The position numbers were made by a program, and so were the translations under genes. Below the pieces are notes generated by a model. The model worked only from the letters and a program-made list of their open reading frames with translations. It was not told where the DNA came from and ran no database searches. A DNA stretch of 63,391 nt, counting the filler, from Choristocarpus tenellus KU-1152 (lineage: Eukaryota > Protista > Phaeophyceae): the NCBI GenBank assembly GCA_964200185.2. It is 9 parts of 9 records of this genome, joined end to end, with 100 filler letters (N's around TTAATTAATTAA, not from the genome) between each part and the next. Parts side by side here need not be neighbours in the genome. Positions count along the whole stretch, not along the records: positions 1 to 29,794 come from CAXNAD020000100.1; positions 29,895 to 32,768 come from CAXNAD020024022.1; positions 32,869 to 36,360 come from CAXNAD020019661.1; positions 36,461 to 40,231 come from CAXNAD020018013.1; 5 more parts are not named here. The stretch is one strand, 5' to 3'. Of the stretch, positions 28,101 to 38,106 are shown piece by piece (position 1 is the stretch's first letter; each line of letters begins with the position of its first letter).

Positions 28101-29275
28101 GTAACGAGGAACACCACTCTCGACAAGAGGTTCCGCCAGGACCTTATTGAAAAAAAGAAAGAAAATCGAGTCTCGTCAAATGTTCACGTATTTTACCCGC
28201 AATTGAATCAATAACTACTCTAGTAGCACACATCACAAACTACTTCGCAAAAAGTTATCGCTATTTCCAGGTTTGAAGCACCTACAATACACAATAAGTC
28301 AAAGTAAACGAGAGGAGCCCATCTTTTGATCGCCTTGCCTTTTAAGCCACTTTTTTTTTTTAATCTTCGGCAATTCACCCATATTTCAATGGATTAAGGA
28401 CTAAAATTGATTTGAGAGCGCCCATTTCTCTTTTCTGTGAAAATCTTCGACAAAAGTCAGCAAATTCCCTACATACATACATTGGTACAAAAGGCCGAAA
28501 TTTGGGACATATTTGTCAGCATCCTAAAAATGCAACCCTGGGTACATGTCGCTTACTTTGACTCAACATCGAAGAGCAATACTGTGCAAGCCTTACCTTA
28601 TACCCAACTCATGTATCTATGTGTAAGTCAAGAATTTAAATATAGACATAGAAAATAAAACTGTCCCACGGGCTATTTGGAAGAATGAACAACGTGGTCA
28701 AAACATCCATACGAAAATATGGTAGAACCACAAGAGTATAGAATTTGTGTTCTGGAGCATTACTGTTTGAGGAAGTCTATCAGAAAATGCGAAAAGAATC
28801 TATGTCAATTTCTCAAGTGAACCTTCACTGCGGTAGTATCTCAAAATAGTGGAGATTTCATCGCACACATACACACACACAAAACACATGCTTCTGATCC
28901 AAAGTTAATATGGCATGGCAGCACCATGAAGATCCAATGAGGTGCCTGGGTGACTACCTAGCAACGATAAATACCTCTGCAACCTCCAACCCCAATCTCA
29001 TAAGATTAATACACTTGTTTAGATATTTCGGCACACAACAAGCTCTCCAACAAATGTATGCCTCATGTCCTGCCCACCATGGAAAAGGCAATGAATGGAT
29101 CATCATTAAGATCACTCCCTTCAATACCACCACCGCCAACAGGATGTTCCTCTTCAGTGCCCTGCTTTACCCCTCCGCTGCTTCTCCCCACCCCATCAGC
29201 ACTGTCCACGCCTTGACCTTTACCCTGGAAGCAAAATACCACTGGAAGCTTGTGCCCTGGGGCATGGTTATCCAC
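22162..29275 (-). CDS. VPS13: VPS13-family lipid-transfer protein (VPS13B-like), 3' part; 5' exons lost at the contig end
   Basis: Exons with GT-AG sites and matching phases: 29275-29078 (VDNHAPGHKLPVVF), 28142-28009, about 27143-26954, 26169-25930 (VFVALDKSRL...NYAADAMLQSLAVVGSLQAIGSPTILLTEWGRGVYDLFSLP), 25538-25374 (GPFATLRASYLGLSSLVRHGSAGALSSVSGLTATLSR), 24462-24341, 22495-22162 (stop). This resembles the VPS13B C-terminal VVGSLDILGSP / GVADFFRLP region. Confidence 0.85.
22609..22867 (-). mobile_element. MITE family C (VPS13 intron)
   Basis: aaagtaaacga ... ctgggtacctctcgtttactttggctc. Confidence 0.82.
26242..26507 (+). mobile_element. MITE family C (VPS13 intron)
   Basis: gtgtcaaagtaaacgagaggtacccag ... 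ctctcgtttacggtgactc; reverse complement of the 22609 copy. Confidence 0.85.
28296..28564 (+). mobile_element. MITE family C-related (VPS13 intron)
   Basis: aagtcaaagtaaacgagagg ... gcttactttgactc. Confidence 0.75.
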
Positions 29276-29794
29276 CTGACAAAAGAACCATGCAAAGACC
29301 AAGAGAAAGGAGACATGGCACCAAAAGCAATATTTGACATGAACACAACAGTCTTACATAGATAAGACTCTTTGGGCCAATGGGATGCTTCTGTGAGGCA
29401 ACCTCCTCCATCCCCCCCAAAATGGAATGGTTCCAAAGCGCACAGCAGATGGATAAACACATACCTGTAACACATTCCTATAACACATACCTATCCCACC
29501 TAAAAAGCAAGTAAGCATAAATAAGCAGCTATATAATTCTTTGGACAAATTGCTTTAAGGTCAGTCACAGGTGTTGAAGTCCTGCTGTTGAGGATCTATC
29601 CCAAAGAGTGAAAATGTCTCTGTTGTATGGGAACAGAACTTAGATTTAAATAAAGCACCCGTGTGCACAAGTGCAGCACGAAGTGAAGCGGGTAAACCTA
29701 AGCAACCCCCCCCCACCCCCCCCCACCCCCCCTCTCATAGGCACACATTACCTAACATTTTCTTCCATGAGGGGGTAAAATAACCATCAGACAG

Positions 29795-29894
29795 NNNNNN
29801 NNNNNNNNNNNNNNNNNNNNNNNNNNNNNNNNNNNNNNTTAATTAATTAANNNNNNNNNNNNNNNNNNNNNNNNNNNNNNNNNNNNNNNNNNNN
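29795..29894. other. artificial contig linker N44-TTAATTAATTAA-N44 (also 32769-32868, 36361-36460, 40232-40331, 44004-44103, 47126-47225, 56154-56253, 60675-60774)
   Basis: The same 100-nt spacer, carrying stops in all six frames, occurs 8 times. Confidence 0.98.
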
Positions 29895-29948
29895 GACGAC
29901 AAAGAGACTGGTTCTGGCGGCGTTTTTGAAGAAGGGGGAGGTGTGTGC

Positions 29949-30121
29949 ATCCAAAGTATTTAGGGGGGGGGGTTCTACATCAGAGTGTCCATTTGAACCA
30001 AAACCAGGAAAAGTGCCCTTTCATTATCCATCCAATGTATGGAACCAAATCACCCAAAAATCACGACATGAAAAAATTGGCCCAAAAGTAAAACCAACAC
30101 CCTCCCCAGATACTTTGACCC
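29949..30121 (+). mobile_element. MITE family B (G-tract containing, about 180 bp)
   Basis: ccaaagtatttaggggg..gtgtccattt..accagga..aatcacccaaaaatcacgacatg..cccagatactttgaccc. Confidence 0.8.
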
Positions 30122-30878
30122 TGCGATACAGAAGAGGTAAAGACTTCCCTCGAGAGTTCTTCCAATCTGATGAGCTTCCTAATGTGAGTTGACAACCCAT
30201 CGTAAATAATCTCTACTTTCTCCATCTTAATTTTCTATATTTCCTCCTCATTTACTGTGCGCTTCCTCTCCTCTGATCTCCCTTCCTTGGTTCCTCAACT
30301 TCACTCTGATTGTTGTTGACAACTATATACACAAACCCCAACACTGCCGCCCCCGTCTAGGTGCGAGAGACCCAAGGTTGAACGTGGAACAGAAGCTCGG
30401 GTTGAGGAAGGAGGTTATGCGACCTCTTCTATTATTGAGATATGTGATAAGAGAAGTGCAGGGGGAAGGAGTATCCCATCTTGAAGTGCTCTTCCATGGT
30501 GAACTCTCACTCGGTTATTGTAACCTGGAATGAGTTCCTCAACACATTCACACCCATTGTGATAAGCGAGCTTGAAGGAATGTCGCACAGCAAGATCAAG
30601 GTGAATGTTACGCGCGAAATGTTCCAAACAAATTTCTATTTATTCTGTATACTAAGGACTTGATTTACAAAGCACTATTCCGAAAAACACGCCACACCCC
30701 CACCACCATAACTCAGCATACACAACACAATTTATTGTCCACATCTTGCTCTGCTGTGCAGGTTCTCTCGGGTTGATTAGTCCTACATGCCCCATAGGGA
30801 GTCAACTCCGGTTATTCAAAGGCAGTCAACCTCCCTGGAGTGGAGAAGGCAAGACAAGGGTCGAGGACAAACTCAAAT

Positions 30879-31135
30879 GAGTTGAAGTAAACGAAAGGTA
30901 CCCAAAGTTGAATTTGAAGAATGATGACAAATGTGTGAAAAATTGGTCTATTTTTTCAAATGTGTTCAGGATATTTTCTGAATCGTGCCGATTTTTTTCG
31001 AACTATAGAGAAACCAACTCTCTCAAGTCCATCTTAGCATTTCATCATAGAAATATGGGTGAATCACGAAAGATTGAAAACTGGCTTATAATAAAAATCG
31101 ACCAAAACCTGATTACCCCTCGTTTACTTTGGCTC
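30879..31135 (-). mobile_element. MITE family C
   Basis: gagttgaagtaaacga ... cctcgtttactttggctc. Confidence 0.82.
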
Positions 31136-31969
31136 AGCATCAATTGAGGCTGAAACGGTGTAGCAATCCTGGGCATTAGGTAAGCCCTGGGATAGAGAGT
31201 CGCATTATATCTTAGGGGCCATTTCCTCTCGTGGAAATTAACGTTGGGCCGACTCACCCCTGTCACATCTCTGACAACAGGTAGATCCGTTTACAAAGGG
31301 CCACCAAAACGTAATTCGGCAAGGTGGCCCTCAGAAAACCTTTTTTGAGACCCCCTTATGCACATAACGTAAAAACCAAGCGATTCCTGTCCGTCCATCT
31401 GTCTTTCGTTCGTCCGTCTGTCCACGACCAGTACCACCTCTCTTCCGTGCCGATCTATTCGTCGTGTGCCCCCACTCGTGAGAATGAATTTTGGATTTTG
31501 CGAAATGGGATTATTTTTACAGAAAGAGGATAATTCGCATTACAGTTGGTGGGTCCAACAACAAATACATGGAAACAGAGGATTAACGAAACACTACATA
31601 ATATTATCAAAGTCAAGCAAATAATCCCTCTTGAGAACACCACTACCAGTGAAACCATTTTCCCGTCCAGGCTTGAGAGACCCATTCCCCACATTCGTGC
31701 CTTGGGAGGGTGTCCATTAGGGCCCTCTCCACCCTCTTGGGAACACCAAATCAAAATTTACCGATATCTCCCAGTTCCTGTCCAAGTATGGATGTCAGTT
31801 GACAAGAATGCTGAGCCACATACCCATCAAAAAATAATAAACTGGAAGCTACTGGGGGGAAAGTTTCCCCAGAGCAGAGGTGATAAAACGGTTTGAAGAT
31901 CTCCAAACTCAAAAGGGAGGGAATCGGCGGAGGTGGACATTGGAGCCCAGACATTGACAAAAATGGCAG

Positions 31970-32505
31970 GTACGCCTTCGTGGCCAATGTCTGTGCTGGT
32001 TATGGCTTAGCGGATGTGTCTGGTGCGGACAGAGGTGATCAGGTCCTGGGTATCCAAACCAATCGAGAGGTAGGCAGGTTTGGACTCTTTCGTACTCTAC
32101 GCCACTTTCTCATCCTGTACAATACACTCCTCTTCATTGTCTTATGTTCACAATAGTTGTACGCAAAAAATGAAAAGGACTTTCCACACACGAAGTGACG
32201 CCACAATTCAGCAAAGGGCTCTTTCTTAAATTTGCACAAAATGACGTCTTTTTTGTCCATTCTCGGTAATCTTGAAGAGCAACCCTTCATACCTCTAAAT
32301 TGTTTTCGGCTCTGAAGAGCAGTACAACTTACCGCCGTGAAGGCTGTGCGAAGGGGCAGGTTGGGGGAGGGTATTTCCCCTTTGTGGGCCCACTGGGTAT
32401 TGGTGGGGTGGGGAGGGGAGCTGTGTATCCTGTCCCACAAGCCCTGAAATTCCTTGGCGAACAGCACCGTCGCAGCCTTACCCTTGACCTCTACCATAGG
32501 GGCTG
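31970..32505 (+). CDS. putative PDZ-like domain exons (gene fragment)
   Basis: Exon about 31970-32069 (YAFVANVCAGYGLADVSGADRGDQVLGIQTNRE, followed by GT). Downstream SSTTYRRE...ALKFLGEQHRRSLTLDL resembles the second half of a PDZ domain. Confidence 0.4.
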
Positions 32506-33299
32506 GGTATCGCTGTTCCTAACGTTTTACCTCCCTGTCCATGCATGCCAGGTACGTAATACTTACTACTCCTCACTGTATCCCCCAGTATATCTCATAT
32601 ACTACACAATAGTAATACTCTACATTACTACACTATGTACCATATTATTTTATCATTATGCCCTCTGACATTTTGCAGATGTGTCAGGGGGGAAACCAAT
32701 AAAAATTATAGGCTGCTGACAAATCGAAAGTTAAAACCCTAAGTCTAAGAAAAAACAAGTTAATTATCNNNNNNNNNNNNNNNNNNNNNNNNNNNNNNNN
32801 NNNNNNNNNNNNTTAATTAATTAANNNNNNNNNNNNNNNNNNNNNNNNNNNNNNNNNNNNNNNNNNNNCTCTTCAAAACATCCAAAAACTCAAAATAAAT
32901 CGCATGCGAATAATTTCAGAATTTGAAACTCAGTTTAAAACCTCATTCTGTACCTCGAACATCTCTATCTTACAAAGTAGCTCAATTTTTTGTAGTTTCC
33001 ACTGGGTTTTAAACAGGGCGGTCACTGCAGTGGTATACTTGAATTTGATATCTGCTGAATTGTGTGCAATGTGTTAGACGTCGAGGTCATGTCTCTGCAT
33101 AGTTGACACATGAATATTGCGGCAGTCTCGATTATGCTCTGCGCATGGTCCTTTTGTTCACCTTGCTGCGCGGTTGGTGAAAGGAAATGGTGCCAACAAG
33201 AATGGACCATGCCGAGAGAGGAGAGCAGCTCTTCCAAAATGAATTCAAGACGTTTAATCATTACCTCGCTTCCGACATACGAGACATATGGTTTGTTCC

Positions 33300-33510
33300 A
33301 AGTGAAAGTACCTTAAAGGGTACGAGTTTTGCCCTGTTTGTCCATTTGGGGCTTGGCTTCCCATGGATTTTTTATGACACTTACCTGCTCCGAAATTTTT
33401 CGGAGTAGGTAAAATGTATACGTTATGAAAAGGTGCGTCCGGAACAAGGATATTGACACTTCCTAACAAACAGGATATCCAAAATTTCATCAAAATATAC
33501 TTTTGAATCT
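33300..33510 (-). mobile_element. MITE family A, internally deleted copy
   Basis: aagtgaaagtaccttaaagggtacgag...; reverse complement of A. Confidence 0.88.
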
Positions 33511-33722
33511 CCATATCTGTCCATCCCCAACGGCATGCAAGACCTCCATTTTTCTTCTATTTTCAATAGGTGGCAACCAACTGTACAAGCAGGGTTAGGG
33601 TAGGATAACGTAAAAAAACCCTACCCTCTTAAAATTCTTTGGGTCTTATAGGAGTCTGATCAACCAACCATGGCGCGAACTGCTCGTTTTATTTTATTTT
33701 TCCATGACTTTAACAAAATTTT

Positions 33723-33976
33723 GAGCCAAAGTATCTTAGAGGGTTGAGCTGTGTTCACTCGGAGTCCAAAATCCAATGCTGTGATTTTGATGTAATTTTG
33801 GCTATCATGATTGTTAGGAAGTGTCATTATCCTTGTTCAAGACACACCTTTTCGTAAGGTATGCATTTATATTCCAAAACATTTCGGAGTAGGAAATGTC
33901 ATAAATAGGACACGGGAAGCCGAGCCCCAAATTGACAAACAGGGCAAAACTCGTACCCTCTAAGATACGTTCACTC
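33723..33976 (+). mobile_element. MITE family A, full copy
   Basis: gagccaaagtatcttagaggg ... ccctctaagatacgttcactc. Confidence 0.92.
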
Positions 33977-34390
33977 TTGTGATGCACTATTCTGATCAAA
34001 TTCGACCATGACTTCATTGAGATGCTTTTCAGTAATTTAATACTAAGTAGTAATACATTTTGCTTTTGTTCATCACTGTAAGAAAGCAACAAGCGACGGC
34101 GTTTCATGTTGACGAGGGTCTTAATCAACACAAAAACCCGTAGGCTTGGTCACCCATGAGCTCTTTTCCGCCTAGACACTACATGTTACTAGCCAGATGC
34201 CTTCAGGAAGAAAATGCAACAGAGCATAGGCATACCATATCTGTAGGAAATTATATCTACTCTCTATCTATGTAGTCTTGCCATATTTGTCTGAAGGCTT
34301 TTTTGCTACTCCATAGTTGATAGTAAATGTTCTGTCACTACTTGGAGTAACCGACCAAAAAATGATACATACTTACATATATATATTATG

Positions 34391-34652
34391 GAGCCAATTT
34401 TAACAAGAGGTTCTCAGAGTTACATTATAAGAATGCCGGCAAATATGTGCGAAATTCGTCTTTTTTTTCTACAAGTGCATATTGGATGTTTCCAAATTGT
34501 GTCAGAAATTTTCCAGCAATAGAGAAGTCAACCCTATCAAGTCAAATCTAGCACTTTGTCGATAGAAATATAGGTGAACTGAAAAAGATTAACGAAACTG
34601 GCTTGTAATGCAAAACGGTCAACAACTGGGTACCTCTTGTTAGCTCTGACTC
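34391..34652 (-). mobile_element. MITE family C, diverged
   Basis: gagcca..aacaagagg ... atagaaatataggtgaa ... ctgggtacctcttgttagctctgactc. Confidence 0.7.
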
Positions 34653-35233
34653 ATAGTTCAAAGCACTACTCTTTTGCCTACTGGCAGTTCCGTACTTCTA
34701 TAATAATATATAATAACAATAAATAATAAATAATAATAAAAATACGCAAATAAATCCACATTTCCAGAAAGAATCGTGTGCTTGATTGATTGTCTTTACA
34801 ATTGCCCTCTACCCTGAAGTAAATCAAAGTGTGATACACCCGAGGCATACAGCAGCACCCTCTGAGGTACGACTCAAACCAACAAAAGCACTGCAGCATA
34901 CCCTTTCCAAGATGCGTGGACAGTTCCACATTCTTGGCAATGGAATCTTCTTGTCATTGTCCAACCTGCCATGCCAATTGTCACTCAGGACAATCCCGCA
35001 TTACCAAGATTCTTCTGCCATGACAAGTTTACTGTTCACACACTTTACCCTGCTATGCCTGCCTTGAATTTAACCCTTAGTCCCACTTGAGGCTTTCCCA
35101 TTCTCACCCCCCACCTCCCCCCCCAGCCCCTTCCGCGCTCCTGCCTAAGACTGACTCAACCAAACATCTTGTTGCCATGGCTTCAATTTGCCCTGCTAAT
35201 CCTAACCCAGTCACCATTGTGTGTCTTGAGCAG

Positions 35234-35396
35234 GTCTGGAGCTTATGTAGAAGGTCTAACGGCCATATCCGTGACAGATCTGGACGAGGTGGAGAAACTC
35301 CTGTCCTTTGGCAGTCTCAACCGCACTGTGGCTTCAACAAACGCCAACATCTTCAGCTCTCGCAGTCATGCCATTTTCAGTCTGACCCTACACCAG
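35234..35396 (+). CDS. kinesin motor-domain exon (gene fragment)
   Basis: AG/GT-bounded exon SGAYVEGLTAISVTDLDEVEKLLSFGSLNRTVASTNANIFSSRSHAIFSLTLHQ, containing the switch I SSRSH motif. Confidence 0.9.
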
Positions 35397-35525
35397 GTAC
35401 AAAGGGAAAGTACTCTCAGTCTACTCTCAAGAATAGGCCACAGCAACAACAGTAGTGGCCAACAGTAAGTATCTCAGTCTATTCGGAGCACGCTCAATGG
35501 TGGAAACGTACTACAGGCCCTACGG

Positions 35526-35579
35526 AGAATAATAACCAAGAACAATAATCAAGAATAATAACCAAGAATAATAACCAAG
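35526..35579 (+). repeat. 13-bp tandem repeat, about 4 copies
   Basis: agaataataacca units. Confidence 0.85.
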
Positions 35580-36271
35580 GCATGCTCTTTTTTTTTTTGC
35601 TAAGGGGGTATTATGAATATAGCATTTTAGGGTCAGCCCTACACCTATCCCTAACCCTAGCCCTAAGTTAGACCTGCTTAGGTTATCAAGCCCTAAAATC
35701 GAAAAAGGAAGAGGCAGTGGCCCTCATCTATTGGACATGGTATCCCACTTGTTGTGTGGTTGCTAAGAACAATAGAATATCTCCGCAAACATAGTAAATC
35801 AAATCATTGTCGAAACTAAAATCAAGATCACAAGGTAGTCGTAGTTGGGGGGTAGGGGACATGCACGAAAGGCAATATTTATACCAATCAAACATCCGAC
35901 ATCTCACAATGAGCCAATAAGATCTCTATCTTGCTGTCCATCGCCTCTCCCTACAGCTATTCCAATTATATGTTTTTTTAATTTTATCTTTGCAGGACAA
36001 CTGTATGTAAAAAAAAGAAAAGAATCAACACTTTTGCTTTTGTTCAGGACCTAGGGATAGGGTAAGGCCGGTTCTTGCTTAACTCCTTGGCCTGGGCAAA
36101 TGTTAATGTTGAAGGTTATGACAGGATACCCCCTTGTGTCCCTTAAAAGAAATATGTTTTTTTGTTTCACTCGGAGATTTAATAAAAAACAATTCCAGAA
36201 TATTAGTTCCAAAACACTGTTGCTATCGTATCTTCTACACAGTAGTGTTGGAGATTTTGTTTGAACTGGTG

Positions 36272-36360
36272 AACCCAAAGTATCTGGGGGGGGGGGGGGG
36301 GCCACCCCAAAGGGGCCTGTTGGAAACAAACCAGGAAAAGCGGCCTTCCAATTACCCTCC
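36272..36360 (+). mobile_element. MITE family B left part, cut by a gap (a right-end remnant also lies at 36461-36478)
   Basis: cccaaagtatctggggg; atactttgagcc after the linker. Confidence 0.6.
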
Positions 36361-36950
36361 NNNNNNNNNNNNNNNNNNNNNNNNNNNNNNNNNNNNNNNN
36401 NNNNTTAATTAATTAANNNNNNNNNNNNNNNNNNNNNNNNNNNNNNNNNNNNNNNNNNNNCCCCCCATACTTTGAGCCTGAAAGGAAGTATACCCCAAGG
36501 ACCTTTCCTTAGACAAAAATGCAAATCAGTATTTCTTTCCTCCAGTACATATTACACGAAGAGTAGTATTGTTGCTATTTCAGTATGTGTGTGCAATTGA
36601 TCTCCGTGGTTTCTACCCTAGAACCTTGTCTCAGCGTTGGAATGCAGTACTCTGAGAGTAGAGAATCGCTGCCATTGCCTACCAATATGATGCATGTGGA
36701 CGCCGTGATTATTTCACAAAACCTCCTCACTTCAATGTACATTAAAAAAAGTACGTTATGTACAATAGAAAGATATTCCATTGGATATGGGTGCTTGGAG
36801 GAGGCTCAGCCCTGCTTTAAAGCTTGAAGGGACCTGCTGACCACTTGGTGAACGCCAAGGAAGAAGATGAGGGCAACACAGCAAATGTAAGTAGGAAGGG
36901 GTATTAATTCCCTGTGGCGAGGAGGGCTTATTATACTGAACTATGGCTTT

Positions 36951-37090
36951 TCCATAGTTAGATTATGCAGTTTAGGTATGTTGCATAGCTGCGTTCGAAG
37001 GGAGTCTGACATTAAGCCTCGCCATAGTTAGATTATGCAGTTTAGGTGTGTTGCATAGCTGTGTTCGAAGGGAGTCCAACATCCAGCCTC
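36951..37090 (+). repeat. 70-bp tandem duplication
   Basis: ccatagttagattatgcagtttagg...agcctc occurs twice with few mismatches. Confidence 0.92.
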
Positions 37091-37432
37091 GAAAAATGCC
37101 ATATTTTTCTAAGTTCTACGCACGTAGCAATGTGACATGTAACATGCACCAAATGTTGCAGGGTCAGTGGGGTGACTCAAATTGGTACGTCTTCTTTGTG
37201 GGTGTAATATAGGCTTGTCATCCTGTGTGAGGATGACATTACTCACACCTTCAATGTATAATTCAAAGTAGCACATTAGAATCTTATATTGAGAGGTGCA
37301 TAAAGCTGTGTGCAGTGGATATATTCTGAATAATACTTAAGTGCGTAAGCACATATTCATGTTGCAGTATGTATGTGTGTAGTTGCTACAAGGGCAAGGA
37401 TTCTTAGGATATATATGTATATATATATAATT

Positions 37433-37690
37433 GAGCGAAAGTATCTTAGAGGGTACGAGTTTCGCCCTGTTTGTCCATTTCGGACTTGGCTTCTCATGTA
37501 TATTTTTATGATATTTTTCTACTCCAAAATGTTTCGGAGTAGGTAAATGTGTAAGTTACGAAAAGGTGTGTCCGTAACAAGGATATTGACACTTCCTAAC
37601 AAACACGATAGCCAAAATTATATCAAAATTGCAACATTGGATTTTGATCTCCAAATGGACACGGCTCTACCCTCTAAGATACTTTGGCTC
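37433..37690 (-). mobile_element. MITE family A, full copy
   Basis: gagcgaaagtatcttagagggta ... taccctctaagatactttggctc; flanks att/att. Confidence 0.92.
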
Positions 37691-37837
37691 ATTTGTTTTA
37701 CGCAGTAACTATACGAAGTACTTTCACTATATAACTGTCTTGAGCCACCCATGCTGAAAGGTGCACACAGGTACACAAGCTTTTATTGTTTTCATCAAGA
37801 CATTTGTGCCCTAAAATTTAAACTAGAAAATGGGTAA

Positions 37838-38106
37838 GAGTCAAAGTATCTTAGAGGGTAGGGCTGCGTGTTAAAACATAGGCTATGGGGGCCAAAATCC
37901 AATGTTGCAATTTCCATGTAATTTTATCCATCGAATTGTTAGGAAGTGTCAGTATCCTTGTTCCGGACACACCATTTCATAACATATACATATTACCTAC
38001 TCCGAAACATTTTGGAGTAGGCAGAATATCATAAAAACCACATTGGAAGCCAAGCACCAAATGGACAAACAGGGCAAAACTCGTACCCACTAAGATACTT
38101 TCACTC
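37838..38106 (+). mobile_element. MITE family A, full copy with GTAA TSD
   Basis: gtaa-gagtcaaagtatc...gatactttcactc-gtaa. Confidence 0.93.

Noticed and set aside
29839-29850. Recurrent TTAATTAATTAA palindrome
   Set aside because: Artificial six-frame stop linker between N runs.
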